Positions 48,501 to 62,768 of a stretch of 64,000 nt of DNA are shown here, one piece after another. Each line of letters starts with the position of its first letter. The stretch's first letter is position 1. The DNA is from Isurus oxyrinchus (Eukaryota), in contig JANJGN010000035.1 of NCBI GenBank assembly GCA_026770705.1, positions 14,694,001 to 14,758,000 of the forward strand, read 5' to 3'. The notes below the pieces were generated by a model. It had not been told where the DNA came from. It searched no databases and saw only the letters and a list, made by a program, of their open reading frames with translations. Made by a program: the position numbers and the translations under genes.

Positions 48501-50274
48501 CAGCCCCATTGTGAAGAGGAGCAGGGGAGTAACCCCTGAGGGCTTTTGTATAATATTTGATTAACGCAGCAAACACAGACGATTGGCTTTGTCAATGAAT
48601 GAACACTCTGTAAAATATACATTTTTCAGCAGTACCAGTGGGTAGAAATTAATTTATTGATGAAAACATCAGACTTGTCCCAATAATCGCTTCAATAAAC
48701 CAATGCAAATTATTTACCTAAAATGTTTCAAAACATCGCGCCTCCGAGCAAAATTTTAAACTGCATTCAGAAAATGTATGAACATGAATCATATTTGAAG
48801 GTTTGGTGCACTGGATAGAATTGAAACATGGTTGTTTTATTCAGACATCAAAAAAATCACATTGAAATTCCCGTGAAGCACGGGATTGAATGAAAAAAGA
48901 AATTTAGGATCCCGGAACCTCTGCTCAATATATTTCAAGGCGCCGACTTCAGAAAAAAAAATACCACTTACAAAAAACAGGGATGGTGACAACAGTTTCG
49001 GTTACTTACAAGAACAGTACGGGCTATGTGATTTCCAAATTTGAAGTGGTTGCCGGGCAGGGCTTTGAACGCTGAGCCCTCTCATATTAAAATTCTGATG
49101 TTTTACTGACTCTGTTGTCTGCACCAGACGAGAGGTGAGTGCGCAGCGACCACCGCCAGCTAAGATGGGACATTACAGCAGCCCATATTTGCTTTGGAAT
49201 CATCCAGTCTCTTGAGTTTCAATCTCTCAAGGATTCTTTCTCAGGGCCCCTATGGGTCTGGTGCACGAACCCTCAATGAAAACACGAGCAGCTCCATCTT
49301 CTTTCCTTGCTTAAGTCTTATTGGAGGTCCGTTAGAGGAGCTAAGAGTACAAATGTTAATTATGAGTTCACCGCTGCTTAAAAGTCAATGCGCACAAGGC
49401 AGGTCGAGCAGAAGGTGCACAGTTTCGTTTAATAAAGCATAATCAGATTGACAGACATGGCAGGAGGCACGAGCGGAGCAACAAAAAAAAAGATGTCTCG
49501 ATCTGGCTGTACAGTATGGCCTCTTCCGGTGCCATATTGCATAGTAATTATTTCAATTCTGGACAATAAAAATTCTGTGATTCTGCAAAACGGTATGAAA
49601 ATGCGAGTGAAAATTAAAAACAATTCGGAAGCAAGGACATTAACTTTGAGCACTCAGATTTCTAAAAAGTCTGATGCAATCCCAGTTCAACTATCCAATT
49701 TCGCGCTTCTGTTTTACACCGGTACATTCACTGCCTGACATCCTGCACCTCATTTCCCAATAGTGCAGCCTGCACTATGTATTCCTCTCACACAGCCACA
49801 ACTGCTGCCTCCCCGAAGCTTTACTTCCGAGAAGGTCACCGTAAAATATTCCGCGACCTGCCGACACGCCCCGTATGTATGAGATACATACGAACCAGGT
49901 GCAGGGGTTGGCCACTCGGCCCTTCAATACTCCACTGGCATTCAATAAGGCTATCTGATTGCAACCTCCCGTCTCCCCTGATACACTTTCACTCACCCAT
50001 TGTTAATCAAGAATCTTTCAGCATCAAAAACATTCAAAGGCTCTTCTTCCACTACTTTATGAGGAAGAGGACTCAAAAGATAATTTCGAAAATACCATTC
50101 AATGCAAGTGAAAACACTGCCATCACAAAACACTTTGCAATTCAAATAGAATCAGCAGTTGGCAAATCTTGGAAACATCTTAAAGGGATATGCAGATCTT
50201 GGAAATATCTTAAAGGCTTTTGCAGTAATTGCTCATGATTTCTGCGATTTATATGAAAATCGATAATTAGCGCT

Positions 50275-50279
50275 AAAAA
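50275..50279 (-). terminator. Pol III oligo-T terminator (T5)
   Basis: AAAAA on the plus strand, 5 nt past the 3' end of tRNA 50285-50357. Confidence 0.7.
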
Positions 50280-50284
50280 CTCAA

Positions 50285-50357
50285 CGCCCGAACAGGGACT
50301 TGAACCCTGGACCCTCAGATTAAAAGTCTGATGCTCTACCGACTGAGCTATCCGGGC
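50285..50357 (-). tRNA. tRNA-Lys-TTT: tRNA-Lys(TTT), canonical vertebrate tRNA-Lys3 sequence
   Basis: GCCCGGATAGCTCAGTCGGTAGAGCATCAGACTTTTAATCTGAGGGTCCAGGGTTCAAGTCCCTGTTCGGGCG; full cloverleaf, A and B boxes, TTT anticodon. Confidence 0.98.
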
Positions 50358-53300
50358 TCTGACACCACAGCCGGACCGTGACCTTTACGGGCTGACAATG
50401 AACACTGCATCCTCCAGATTCTGTTCTTTTCCTGCGGCCATCCACTGTATTCAGCGGATTCCTCTCACGCACCCACTCTCAATACCATCGCTATATTCAA
50501 TCACAATTGCTGTTCACAAATCCTAACCCGTGCATTTCACCCCAAAGTCCAGCCCATGCCCATCAAACGTCTCCCATTTTTCTTTGTAAATTTGGGGTAC
50601 TGCCTGCTTGAAGGAAAAAAATATATAAAATCTTAATCCAACAGCCACATTTAGGTTAATTCAAACACATGCACAATATGCAAGGAGCCGACCGGATATA
50701 AAACCCTCCTGAATGAATGTACGATAAAATGAATGTGCCGGACAAAACACAATCACAAATTCCATTCATCGTGGGTTGTTGATGTGTCACTGAAGTGGAT
50801 GATTTGCATGAGAATCGAGAATATAAATTTAAAAAAAGCGGTCGAACAGCGAATAAGACACTGGACCCTCAACTTAAACGCCTGATGCACTGTCCCGTGT
50901 GCTCTCCGGGGCAGCAACTGGAATTTTATATATCCATGCTCTCTGGCTGCCATCCAACCAAAACTCCGGAGGAACTGCAATCACATTCAGTTTGCATATT
51001 TCTCGCCCAATCTTCCGACAGAGGCAGGGTGAGAAACCCGCACGGCAGCGGGTTCCCCGGGACTTCAGCAACGGGAGACTGAAGCCACGCCCCCACTGCC
51101 TCCACCTCCACCTCCACCCCACCTATTCCTTCCGGCACGAGCTACCCGAAACCAGTAAAGCAAAATGGAGTTTGAGATTAAAATAACACTGCAACTCTGA
51201 AGAAGGGATACACACACTCGAAACGTTAACTCTGTTTCTCTCTCCACAGATGCTGTTAGACCTGCTCCGTTTTTCCATATTTTCCCCATTTTGTTGCTGG
51301 TTTCCAGCATCAGCAGTACTTTGTTTTTACCTAGAGTTTAAATAATCTAGGAACTCAATAGACTAATGTTAAAATATTTTACAGGCGAGTACTTACAATG
51401 GAGGCAAATTTGGGAATGCATCGTAATGGGGTAGAAAGGATGATACCCCCAAATAATAAGAGACAGACGGCAGGGATATTAATACTTTGCTCTTGCATTT
51501 ACAGCGAGATAAAGCAGGGCTATGATCCTAGGGGATCAGCGGAGTGGGTCACACCGAGTCAGAGAGACAACAGATTAATTTATGCGTTATCTGGAGAAGC
51601 ACACGAAGCAGAGAGGGTCAGGGTTCGAGTGAATGTACTGCTCGCTTATTAAAGGTAGTATTTTGAGAAAGAGATTTGCATTCAGTATGTTGGCTGTGAG
51701 GAACACATCAAGGGCGTTTAGTGAGGACAAGCTGCTTTTCACAATCATCCTTGTTTAATTTCAGTTGCCATTTATTTGGCCAAAATTTAGCATTGGTTCT
51801 AATGTGGATCGATCCCAAGGACCTGCTTCACGCAAATTAGACGCGATAATCACGATGCCATAGAACCCTGGCTTTGGCTCTGTGAATGGAGGTTCAGCCT
51901 GTGAAATTCTGTTTTCAGTGTTTGCATGTGGAAGGAATTCCTAAGACTCCACCTCCTTGCTGGTTGCACAAGTTCTTCCATTTGCCTTAAAGTGGTGGTA
52001 CCCTCGTTATTAATTATTGCTTTCAACTAGAGAGCCACCAACACCCTCAGAAAAGCAGGAAAAATGAGGCAGCATTTAATGATTGCCAGCCGTTGACTGG
52101 CGGGAAGTACAAAGGTGAGGGCGTCTGGAAAGTAATTGTGAAGAAAGTCTGTGCGGTTTGGCGGTGGTGGTGGGTGATAAGATCTGAGGCAAAAATCCGC
52201 TTAACAAACTTGGGAAGGAAAAGCGCAATTTGGACGATGCAGTGTTCATTGGCAGCGACTAGAGGTCGTTGTGTCAAACTGCGCTGGGTCCTGGGCATCT
52301 CAGTCGGTAGAGCATCAGATTCAAGTCTCTGTTCTGACTAAATACTTGGAACTCCCTTCCTAATAGAACTGTGGCTGTACCTAAACCGCATGCGCTGCGT
52401 CGGTTCAAGGATGTGGCTCACCACTGCCTTCTCAAGGGTATTGGGGATGAGCTACAAATGCTGGCCCAGTCAGCGATGCCTGCGTGATTATTTTGATTGA
52501 CAAGCTTATTTCCACCCACTGACGCTGCTTAAAGATGTAAACTAGGCATTGCCTTCTTTTGGTGAAAGATGTGCAAAAGATCACACAGCCCCACTGTAAA
52601 GAGGAGCAGGGGAGTAACGCCTGAGGGCTTTTGCATTTCATTTGATTAGCGCAGCAAAAGCAGACGATTAGGCAAGGATCACATGGTTATTTTTTTGCAA
52701 GCTTACCCGTGGCAAATCTGTTCAATGTTGAACCAACTAAGTGATAGAGAATCAAACTTTCAAACCGAGGCCCGGGGATCGTTCGTTGATTTGGCGTTGC
52801 GAATGAAAGAAGACTCTGTAAAATACACACTTACAACACTACCGGTGGGTAGAAAATAAATTTATTGATGATAACATCAGACATGTCCCAATAATCAATT
52901 CAATAAACCAATGCATTTTTTTTCCTAAAATTTTTCGAAACATCACGACTCCGAGCAAAATTTTAAACTGCATTCAGAAAATGTACGTACATCAATCAAA
53001 TTTGTAAGGAGTTGAAATATGTTTGTTTCATTCAGGCATCAAAAAAATCAGATTGAAATTCCCATGAAGCATGGGAATAAAAATAGGAATTGATGATCCC
53101 GGAACCACGACTCAATAGATTTCAAAGCGCCGACTTCAGACAAAAAATACCACTTACGAAAAACAGGGATGCTGACAACACTTTCGTTTACTTACAAGAA
53201 GAGCACGGACTATGTGATTTACCAATTTGAAGCGGTGGCCGAGCAGGGCGTTGAACCCTACGCCCTCTCATATTAAATTTCTGATGTTTTACGACTCTGA

Positions 53301-54496
53301 TGTCTGAGCTAGACGGGAGGTGAGTGCGCAGCGACCTCCGTCGGCTAAGATGGGACATTACAGCGCCCACGTTCTCTTTGCTATGGAATCATCCAGTCTC
53401 TTGAGGTTCTATCTCTCATGCATCCTTTCTCAGTGCCCCTATGCGTTCGGTGCACAAATCCTCACTGAAAACACGACCAGCTACATCTTCTTTCCTTGCT
53501 TATGCCTTATTGGGGCCCCTCGAGTGGAGCTAAAAGCAGAAATGTTAATTATGAACTCACAGCTGCTTAAAAGTCAATGTGCACAAAGCAGGTCGAGCAG
53601 ATGGAGCAGTTTCGTTTAATATAGCAGATTGAGATTAAAAGACATGGCAGGAGGCTCAAGCGAAGCAACGAAAAAAAGATGGCTCGAACTGGCTGTACAG
53701 TATGGCCTCTTCCTGTGCCATATTGCAAAGTACTTATTTCTGTTCCGGATATTAAAAATTCTGTGATTCTGCAGAATGGTATGGAAACGCAAGTGAATAT
53801 TAAAAGCAATTTGGAAGCAAGGACATTAACTTTGAACACTCAGTTTTTAGAAAAAACTGATGCGTTCCCAGCTCCACTACCCATGATCACACGTCTGTTT
53901 TACAGCGGCACGTTCACTGCCTGAGATCCTGCACCACATTTCATAATAGTGCAGCCTGCACTGTGTATTCCTCTCACACAGCCACAAGTGCTGCGTCCCG
54001 GAGGCTTTACTTCCGAGAAGGTCACCATAAAATATTCCACGTCCCTGCCACCACCACACCCCCACCACAACACGCCCCGTATGTATGAGATATATACGAA
54101 CTAGGAGCAGGGGCTGGCCACTCGGCCCTTCATTACTCCTCTGCCATTCAATAAGGTGACGGCCTATCTGATTGCAATCTCCCGTCTACCCCGATACACT
54201 TTCACTCACCCCTTGTTAATCAAGAATCTTTCAGCATCAAAAGCATTCAAAGGCTCTTCTGCCACTACCTTATGAGGAAGAGGACTCCAAATTTAATTTT
54301 GAAAATACCATTCAATGCAAGTCAAAACACTACCATCACAAAACACTTTTCAATTCAAATAGAATGAGCAGTTGGCAAATCTTGGCCATATCTTAAAGGA
54401 ATTTGCAGATCTTGTAAATACTTAAAGACATTTGCAGTAATTGCTCATGATTTCTGCGATTTACATGAGAATCGATAAGTAGCGATAAAAACTCTT

Positions 54497-54569
54497 CACC
54501 CGAACAGGGACTTCAACTCTGGATCCTCAGATTAAAAGTTTGATGCTCTACCGACTGAGCTATCCAGGC
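54497..54569 (-). pseudogene. tRNA-Lys(TTT) probable pseudogene
   Basis: 6 differences, including C56G (B-box), G52A and G30A. Confidence 0.85.
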
Positions 54570-57500
54570 TCCAGCACTGTTACCGGACAATGACCTTTAC
54601 TGGCTGACAGCGAACAATGCATCCTTCAGGTTCTGTTCTTTTCCTGCTGTCGTCCAATGTATTCAGCGGATTCCTCTCACGCACCCACTCTCAATACCAT
54701 CGCTAAATTCGATCACAAATTCTCGTCACAAATCCTAACCCGTCCATTTCACCCCAAAGTCCAGCACATGCCCATCAAACGTCTCCCATTTTTCTGTGTA
54801 AATTTGGGGCGCAGCCTGCTTAAAAGAAAAAAATATATAATCTTCATCCAACAGCCACATTTAGGTTATTTCAATCACATGCACAATATGCAAGGAGCCA
54901 AACGGATATAAAGCCCTCCAGAACGAATGTACGATAAAATGACCGTGCCGGATGAAACACAATCACAGAGTCGATTCATCGTGGGTTGTTGAAGTGTCAC
55001 TGAAGTGGATGATTCGCATGAGGATCGAGAATTTAAAATTAAAAAAGCAGGTGAACAGGGAATTAGACCCTGGCCCCTCAGCTTAAACGGCTGATGCTCA
55101 GTCCAATGTGCTCTCCGGGCCAGCAACCGGAATTTTATATACCAATGTTTTCTGGCTGCCATCCAACGAAAACTCCGGAGGGACTGCAATCACATTCAGG
55201 TACCACATTTCTCGCCCGATCTTCCGACAGGGGCAGGGTGTGAAACCCGCACCACAGCTGGTTCCCCGGGCCTTCAGCAGCGGGAGACTGAAGCTAAGCC
55301 CCCGCTGCCTCCACCTCCATCTCCAGCCCACCTCTTTCTGGCAGCAGGAGCTAGCCTAAACCAGTGAAGCAAAGTGGAGTTTGAGATTAAATAACACTGA
55401 AACACTGAAGAAGGGATATACACACTCAAAACGTTAACTCTGTATCTCTCTCCACAGATGCTCTTAGACCTGCTGCGTTTTTCCATATTTTCCCCTCTTT
55501 GTTGCAGATTTCCAGCAGCAGCAATACTTTGCATTTACCTAGAGCTTAAATAATCTAGGAACACAAAAGACTAATGTTAAAATATTTTACAGGCGAGTAC
55601 TTACAATGCAGGCAGCATTGGGAAAGCATCATAATGGGGTAGAAAGGATGCTACCCCCAATTAATAAGAGACAGACGGCAGGGATATTAAGTAAATACTT
55701 TGCTCTTGCATTTACGGCGAGATAAAGCGGGGCGTTGATCCTAGGGGATCGGCGGAGTGGGTCAGACCCAGTCAGAGAGACAACAGATTAATTTTTGCGT
55801 TATCTGGAGAATCACACGAAGCAAAGATGGTCAGGGTGCAGCTAATGCTCGCTTATTAAAGGTAGTATTTTGAGAAAGAGATTTGCATTCAGCATGTTGG
55901 CTGTGAAGAACACATCAGGGGCGTTTACTGAGGACCAGCCGCTCTTCACAATCATCCTTGTTTAATTTCAGTTGCCATTTATTTGCCCACAATTTAGCAT
56001 TGGTTCTACTGGGGATCGATCCCAAGGACCTGTTGCGCGCAAAGTAGACGCGATAATCACGATGCCATAGAACCCTGGCTTTGGCTCTGTGAATGGAGAT
56101 TCAGCCTGCAAAATTCTGTTTTCAGTGTTTGCATGTGGAAGGAATTCCTAAGACTCCACCTCCTTGCTGGTTGCACAAGTTCTTCCAATTGCCTTAAAGT
56201 GATGGTACCGTCAATATTAATTATTGCTTTCAACTAGAGTGCCATCAACACCCTCAAGAACAGAGGAAAAATGAGGCAGCATTTAATCATTGCGGGCCGG
56301 TGACTGGCAGGAAATACAAAGGTGAGGGCGTCTGGAAAGTAATTATGAAGAAAGTCTGTGGGGTTGGACGGTGCTGGTGGGGGGAGGGTAGTGCGATAGG
56401 ATGTGAGGCAAAAATCCGCTGAACAGACTTGTGAAGGAAAAGCGCAATTTGCACGATGCAGTGTTCACTGTCAGCCACTAGAGGTCGCTGTGTCAAAACA
56501 CAATGGGGTCCTGGTTAACTCAGTCAATAGCGCATCAGATTCAAGTCTCTGTTCTGATCAAATCCTTGGAAATCCCTTCCTAATAGAACTGTGGATGTAC
56601 CTAAACCGCATGGACTGCGTTGGTTCAAGGACGTGGCTCAGCACCGCCTTCTCAAGGGTATTGGGGATGAGCTACAGATGCTGGCCCAGTCAGCGATGCC
56701 CGCGTGATAACTTTGATTGACAAGCTTATTTCCACCCACTGACGCTGCTTAAAGAAGTAAACTGGGCATTGCCTTCTTTTGGTGAAAGATGTGCAAAAGA
56801 TCCCACAGTCCCATTGTGAAGAGGAGCAGGGGAGTAACGCCTGATGGCTTTTGCATTTCATTTCATTAGCACAGCAAAAACGGACGATCAGTCAAGGATC
56901 ACTTGGTTAATTTTTTGGAAGCTTACCCATGGCAAATCTGTTCAATGTTAAACCAACTAAGTGATAGAGAATCAAACTTTTAAACCGAGGCCCGGGGATC
57001 GTTCATTGATTTGGCATTGCCAATGAATGAACACTATGTAAAATACACAGCAACAACAGTACCGATGGGTAGAAAGTAAATTTATTGATGAAAACATCAG
57101 ACTTGTCCCAATAATCGCTTCAATAAACCAATGCAATTTTTTGCCTAAAATGTTTCGAAAAAGCGCGTCTCCGTGTAAAATATTAAACTGCATTCAGAAA
57201 ATCTATGAACAGGAATCATATTTGGATGGAATTGAAACATGTTTGTTTCATTCAGGCATCAAAAAATGAGATTGAAAGTCCCTTGAAGCATGGGACTGCT
57301 TCAAATAGGAATTGATGATCCCGGAACCTCTGCTCAATAGATTTCAAAGCACCGACTTCAGAAAAAAAATACTACTTACGAAAAACGGGGTGGTGACAAC
57401 ACTTTCGGTTACTTACAAGAACAGCACGGGGTATGTGATATCCAAATTTGAAGTGGTGGCCAAGCAAGGCTTAGAACCCTACGCCCTCTCATATTAAAAT

Positions 57501-58321
57501 TCTGATGCTTTACGACTCCGATATCTGGACGAGACAACAGGTGATTGCGCAGCGACCTGAGCCGGCTAAGATGGGACATTACAGCGCCCACTGTGTTCTG
57601 GAGAATAAAAATTTTGTGATTCTGCAGAATGGTATGAAAACGCGACTGAAAATTAAAAGCAATTCGAAAACCAGGACGTTAACTTTGAACACTCAGATTT
57701 TTAAAAAACATAATGCATTCCCAGCTCCACTATCCATGTTCGCACTTCTGTTTTAAAGCGGCACATTCACTGCCTGACATCCTGCACCTCATTTCCCAAT
57801 AGTGCAGCCTGCACTGTGTATTCCTCTCACACTGCCACAAGTGCTGCCTCTCCGAGGCATTACATCCGAGAAGGTAACCGTAAAATATTCCGCAACCCCC
57901 CGACACGCCCCGTATGTATGAGATACATACGAACCAGGAGCAAGGGCTGGCCACTCGGCCCTTCAATACTGCTCAATTAGATGATGGCCTATCTGATTGC
58001 AACCTCCGTCTACCCCAATACACTTTTACTCAACCCTTGTTAATCAAGAATCCTTCTGCATCAAAAGCATTCAAAGCCTCTTCTTCCACTACCTAATGAG
58101 GAAGAGGACATCAAAGATAATATCGAAAACACCATTCAATGCAAGTGAAAACACTGCCATCAGAGAACACTTTTCAATTCAAATAGAATCAGCAGTTGGC
58201 AAATCTTGGAAATATCTTAACAGCATTTGCAGATCTTGGAAATATCTTAAAGGCATTTGAGGTAATTGCTCATGATTTCTGCGATTTTCATGAGAATTGA
58301 TAAGTAGCGCTAAAAACTCAA

Positions 58322-58394
58322 TGCCCAAAGAGGGACTTGAACCCTGGACCCTCAGATTAAAACTCGGATGCCCTACCGACTGAGCTATCCGGGC
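58322..58394 (-). pseudogene. tRNA-Lys(TTT) probable pseudogene (paralog of intact 42522)
   Basis: 6 differences: A23G, A29C, C32G, G65C, C68T and G73A. Confidence 0.8.
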
Positions 58395-61180
58395 TCTGTC
58401 ATCGCTGCCGGTCAGTGCCCTTTGCTGGCTGACAGCGAACAATGCATCCTTCAGATTCTGTTCTTTTCCTGCTGTCATCCACTTTCTTCAGCGGATTCCT
58501 CTCACGCGCCCATTCTCAATACCATCGCTAAATTCAATCACAATTGCTCTTCACAAATCCTAACCCGTCCATTTCACCCCAAATTCCAGCCCATGCCCAT
58601 CAAACGTCTCCCATTTTTCTTTGTAAATTTTTAGTGCTGCCTGCTTGAAAGAACAAACATGTATAATCTTCATTCAATAGCCACATTTAGGTTATTTCAA
58701 ACACATGCACAATATGCAAGGAGCCGAACGGATATAAAACTCTCTTGAACGAATGTACGATAAAATGACGGTGCCGGATGAAACACAATCACAAAGTCAA
58801 TTCATCGTGGTTTGTTGATGTGTCACTGAAGCGGATGATTCACATGAGAATCGAGAAAAGGTGGGCGAACAGGGAATTAGACACTGGGCACACAGCTTAA
58901 ACGGCTGATGTTCATTCCAATGCGCTCTCCGGGGCAGCAACAGGAATTTTATATATCCATGTTCTCTGGCTGCCAGCCAACCAGAACTACAGAGGAACTG
59001 CAATCACATTCAGATTGCACATTTCTCGCCCGATCTTCCGACAGGAGCAGGGCGAGAAATCCGCACTGCAGCGGGTTCCACGGGCCTTCAGCAGTGGGAC
59101 GCCACGCCCCCGCCGCCTCCACCTCCACCTCCAACCCTCCCCCACCCCCCCTCACCTATTTCTTCCCGCAGGAGCTACCCTAAACCAATAAAGCAAAGTT
59201 GAGTTTGAGATTCACTAACACTGAAACTCTCAACAAGATATATACACACTCGACACGTTAACTCTGTTTCTCTCGCCACAGATGATGTTAGACCAGCTGA
59301 GTTTTTCCAGAATTTCTCTTTTTGTTTCAGGTTTTCAGCATCAGCGGTATTTTGCTTTTACCTAGAGCTTAAATAATCTAGGAACACAAAATACCACGTA
59401 AATATAATTTACAGGTGAATACTTACAATGGAGGCAGCTTTGCGAAAGGAGCGTGATGGGGTAGAAAGGATGATACCCCCAAATAAGGAGAGACAGACAG
59501 CAGGGATATTAAGTATATAATTTGCTCTGGCATTTACGGAGAGATAAAGCAGGGCTATGATCCTAGGGGATCAGCGGAGTGGGTCAGACCGAGTCAGAGA
59601 GACAACAGATTAATTTGTGGGCTATCTAGAGAAGCACACGAAGAAGAGACGGTCAGCATTCCGGTGATTGTGCTGCTCACTTATTAAAGGTAGTATTTTG
59701 GGAAAGAGATTTACATTAAGCATGTTGCCTGTGTGGAACACATCAAGGGCGTTTAGTGAGGACCAGCTGCTCTTCACAATCATCCTTGTTTAATTTCAGT
59801 TGTCATTTATTTGGCCAAAAGGCAGCATTGGTTCTAATGTGGATCGATCCCAAACGTGCTGCGTGCAAAGCAGACGCGATAATCACTATGAAGTGGAACC
59901 TTGGCTTGGGCTCTGTGAATGGCGTTTCAGCCTGTGAAATTCTGTGTTCAGTGTTTGCATTTGGAAGGAATTCCTTTAGACTCCACCTCCTCGCTGGCTG
60001 CACAAGTTCTTGCATTTGCCTTAAAGTGGTGGTTCCTTCAATATTTATAATTGCTTTCAACCAGAGAGCCACCAACTCCCTCAAAAAAAACAGCAAAATG
60101 AGGCAGCGGGCCGGGGACTGGCAGAAAGTGCAAAGCTGAGGGCGTCTGGAAAGTAATTGTGAAGAAAGTCTGTGGAGTTGGGCAGTGGGGGTGGGCGGAG
60201 GGCAGTGAGATAGGATGTGAGACAGAAATCCGCTGAACAGACTTGGGAAGGAAATTCACAATTTGGACGATGCAATGTTCACTGGCAGCGACTAGGGGTC
60301 GCTGTGTCAAACCGCACTGGGGTCCTCGGCAATTCAGTCGGTAGAGCATCACGTTGTTAATATGAGAAACAAGAAGAAAAATATATGGAAAAGGTCTGCA
60401 GGTCTGACAGCATCTGCGGAAAGGGATACAGTTAACGCTTCGAGCCCGTATGACTATTCGTCAGGACTGAGCATACTTTTCAAGCTCTTGCCCCTGTATG
60501 TTTTTAAACCTGAATTATCGATTCTCTTGTAAATCGCTCTCATCTCTTTAAGTTATTTTAAATGATTTGCGACATGCTGATTGTTTGTAAATGGAAATAT
60601 TTTAACATGCAATATTTGACGGTATTATGAATTGGTTTTTTTTTCGAAATTATCAATTATTATTTTCATCCATCCCGAATTAACACGGCTATGCGAAGCT
60701 GACCTTCCCTGCTCTCGAAATTAAACTCATTAATCTCATGGAATTCCATCCATGAAACTTAACTTTGAAATATAATTTACATTATCACATTTTCTGAATT
60801 ATTTCGAAACTTTACAGGCAACTTGCTGTTTCGAACCCGCCGTTCATAAAGACTTTGCTTTAAAGACTAAATTAAGGCGTTATTTCTGGCCGCAATTTTT
60901 TCATTCATTTTCCAGTTGTGGTGTCCCATCTACAAGATGAAATGCATCAACTCTCCAGAGCTTCTTGGCACAATCCAAACTCGCAGACTCCACCAAACAC
61001 AAGGATTCCAAAGATAATTTCGAAAATACCATTCAATGCAAGTGAAATACTACCATCAATTCACAATTCACATAGAATCGGCAGTAGTCAAATCTTGCAA
61101 ATATCTTAAAGGCATTTGCAGAAATTGCTCCTGATTTCTGCGATTTACATGAGAATCGATAAGTAGCGATAAAAGCTCAT

Positions 61181-61253
61181 CGCTCGAACAGGGACTTGAA
61201 TGCGGGGCCTTCAGATTAAAAGTCGGATCATCTACCGACTGAGCTATCCAAGC
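61181..61253 (-). pseudogene. tRNA-Lys pseudogene (paralog of 45432)
   Basis: Nearly identical to 45432-45504, sharing its disabling changes. Confidence 0.85.
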
Positions 61254-62694
61254 TCCGACACTGTCCCCGGACAAACACATTTACTGGCTGACAGCGAACA
61301 ATTCATCCTTCAGATTCTGTTCTTTTCCTGCTGTCATACACTGTATTCAGGGGATTCCTCTCACGCACCCACTCTCACTACCATCGCTAAATTCAGTCAC
61401 AATTGTTCTTCACAAATCCTAACCCGTTCATTTCACGCCAAAGTCCTGCGCGTGCACATCAAACGTCTCCGATTTTTCTTTCTAAGTTTGGGGTGCTGCC
61501 TGGTTGAAAGAAAAAATATATAATATTCATCCAACAGCTACATTTATGTTATTACAAACACATGCACAATATGCAAGGAGTCGACTGGATAAAAAATCCT
61601 CCTCAATGAATGTACGATGAAATGACTGTGCCGGACGGAACACAATCACAAAGTCCATTCCTGATGTGTTGTTGATGTATCATTATAGTGGATGATCCGC
61701 ATTGCAATCGAGAATTTACAATAAAAAAGGCGGCCGAACTGGGAATTAGACCCTGGGCCCTCAATTTAAGCGGCTCATGCTCTGCCCAGTGCGCTCTCTG
61801 GAATTTTAGATATCCATGTTCGCTGGTTGCCATCAAACCAGAACTCCGGAGGAACTGCAATCACATTCAGATTGCACATTTCTCGCCGGATCGTCCGACA
61901 GAGGCAGGGTTAGAAATCCGCACCGCAGCGAGTTCCCGGGCAATCGGCAGCGGGAGACTGAGGCCACGCTCCCAGCACCTCCACCTCCCCCTCCAACCCA
62001 CCTATTTCTTCTGGCACGAGCTACCCTAAACCAGTAAAGCAAAGTGGAGTTTGAGATTCAATAACACTGAAAAAATGAAGCTGGGATATACACACTCGAA
62101 ACGTTAATTCTGTTTCTCTCTCCACAGATGCTCTTAGACCGGCCGACTTTTACTAACATTCCCCCTTTTTGTTTCAGGTTTCCAGCATCATTTAGGTTTC
62201 AAATTTTCAACAATATTTAGCTTTTACCTAGAGCTAAAATAAGCTAGGAACACAAAAGACTACGGTAAAATATTTTACAGGCGAGTACTTATAGTGGAGG
62301 CAGCATTGGGAAAGGAGCGTGATGGGGTAGAAAGGATGATACCCCCAAATAACGAGAGACAGACGGCAGGGATATTAAGTAAATACTTTGCTCTGGCATT
62401 TACGGCGATATAAAGCAGGGCTATGATCCTCGGGTATGAGCGGAGTGGGTCAGACCGAATCAGAGAGACAACAGATTAATTTATGGGTTATCTAGAGAAG
62501 CACACGAAGCAGAGTAGGTCAGGGTTCGGGTGATTGTACTCCTCGATTACTAAAGGTAGTATTTTGGGAAAGAGATTTACATTCAGCATGTTGGTTGTGA
62601 GGAACTCATCAAAGGCGTTTAGTGAGGACCAGCTGCTCTTCACAATCATCGCTGTTTAATTTCAGTTGCCATGTTTTTCGCCAAAAGACAGCAT

Positions 62695-62768
62695 TGGTTC
62701 TACTGGGGATCGATCCCAAGGACCTGCTGGGCGTAAAGCAGACACGATAATCACTATAAAGTAGAACC
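62695..62768 (-). pseudogene. tRNA-Val relic retaining the TAC anticodon
   Basis: GGTTCTACTTTATAGTGATTATCGTGTCTGCTTTACGCCCAGCAGGTCCTTGGGATCGATCCCCAGTAGAACCA. Confidence 0.8.

Noticed and set aside
50285-50357. tRNA-Lys copies as SINE heads or retroviral primer-binding sites
   Set aside because: They are full 73-nt genes without encoded CCA, followed by an oligo-T terminator, with no adjacent LTR, tail or target-site duplication.
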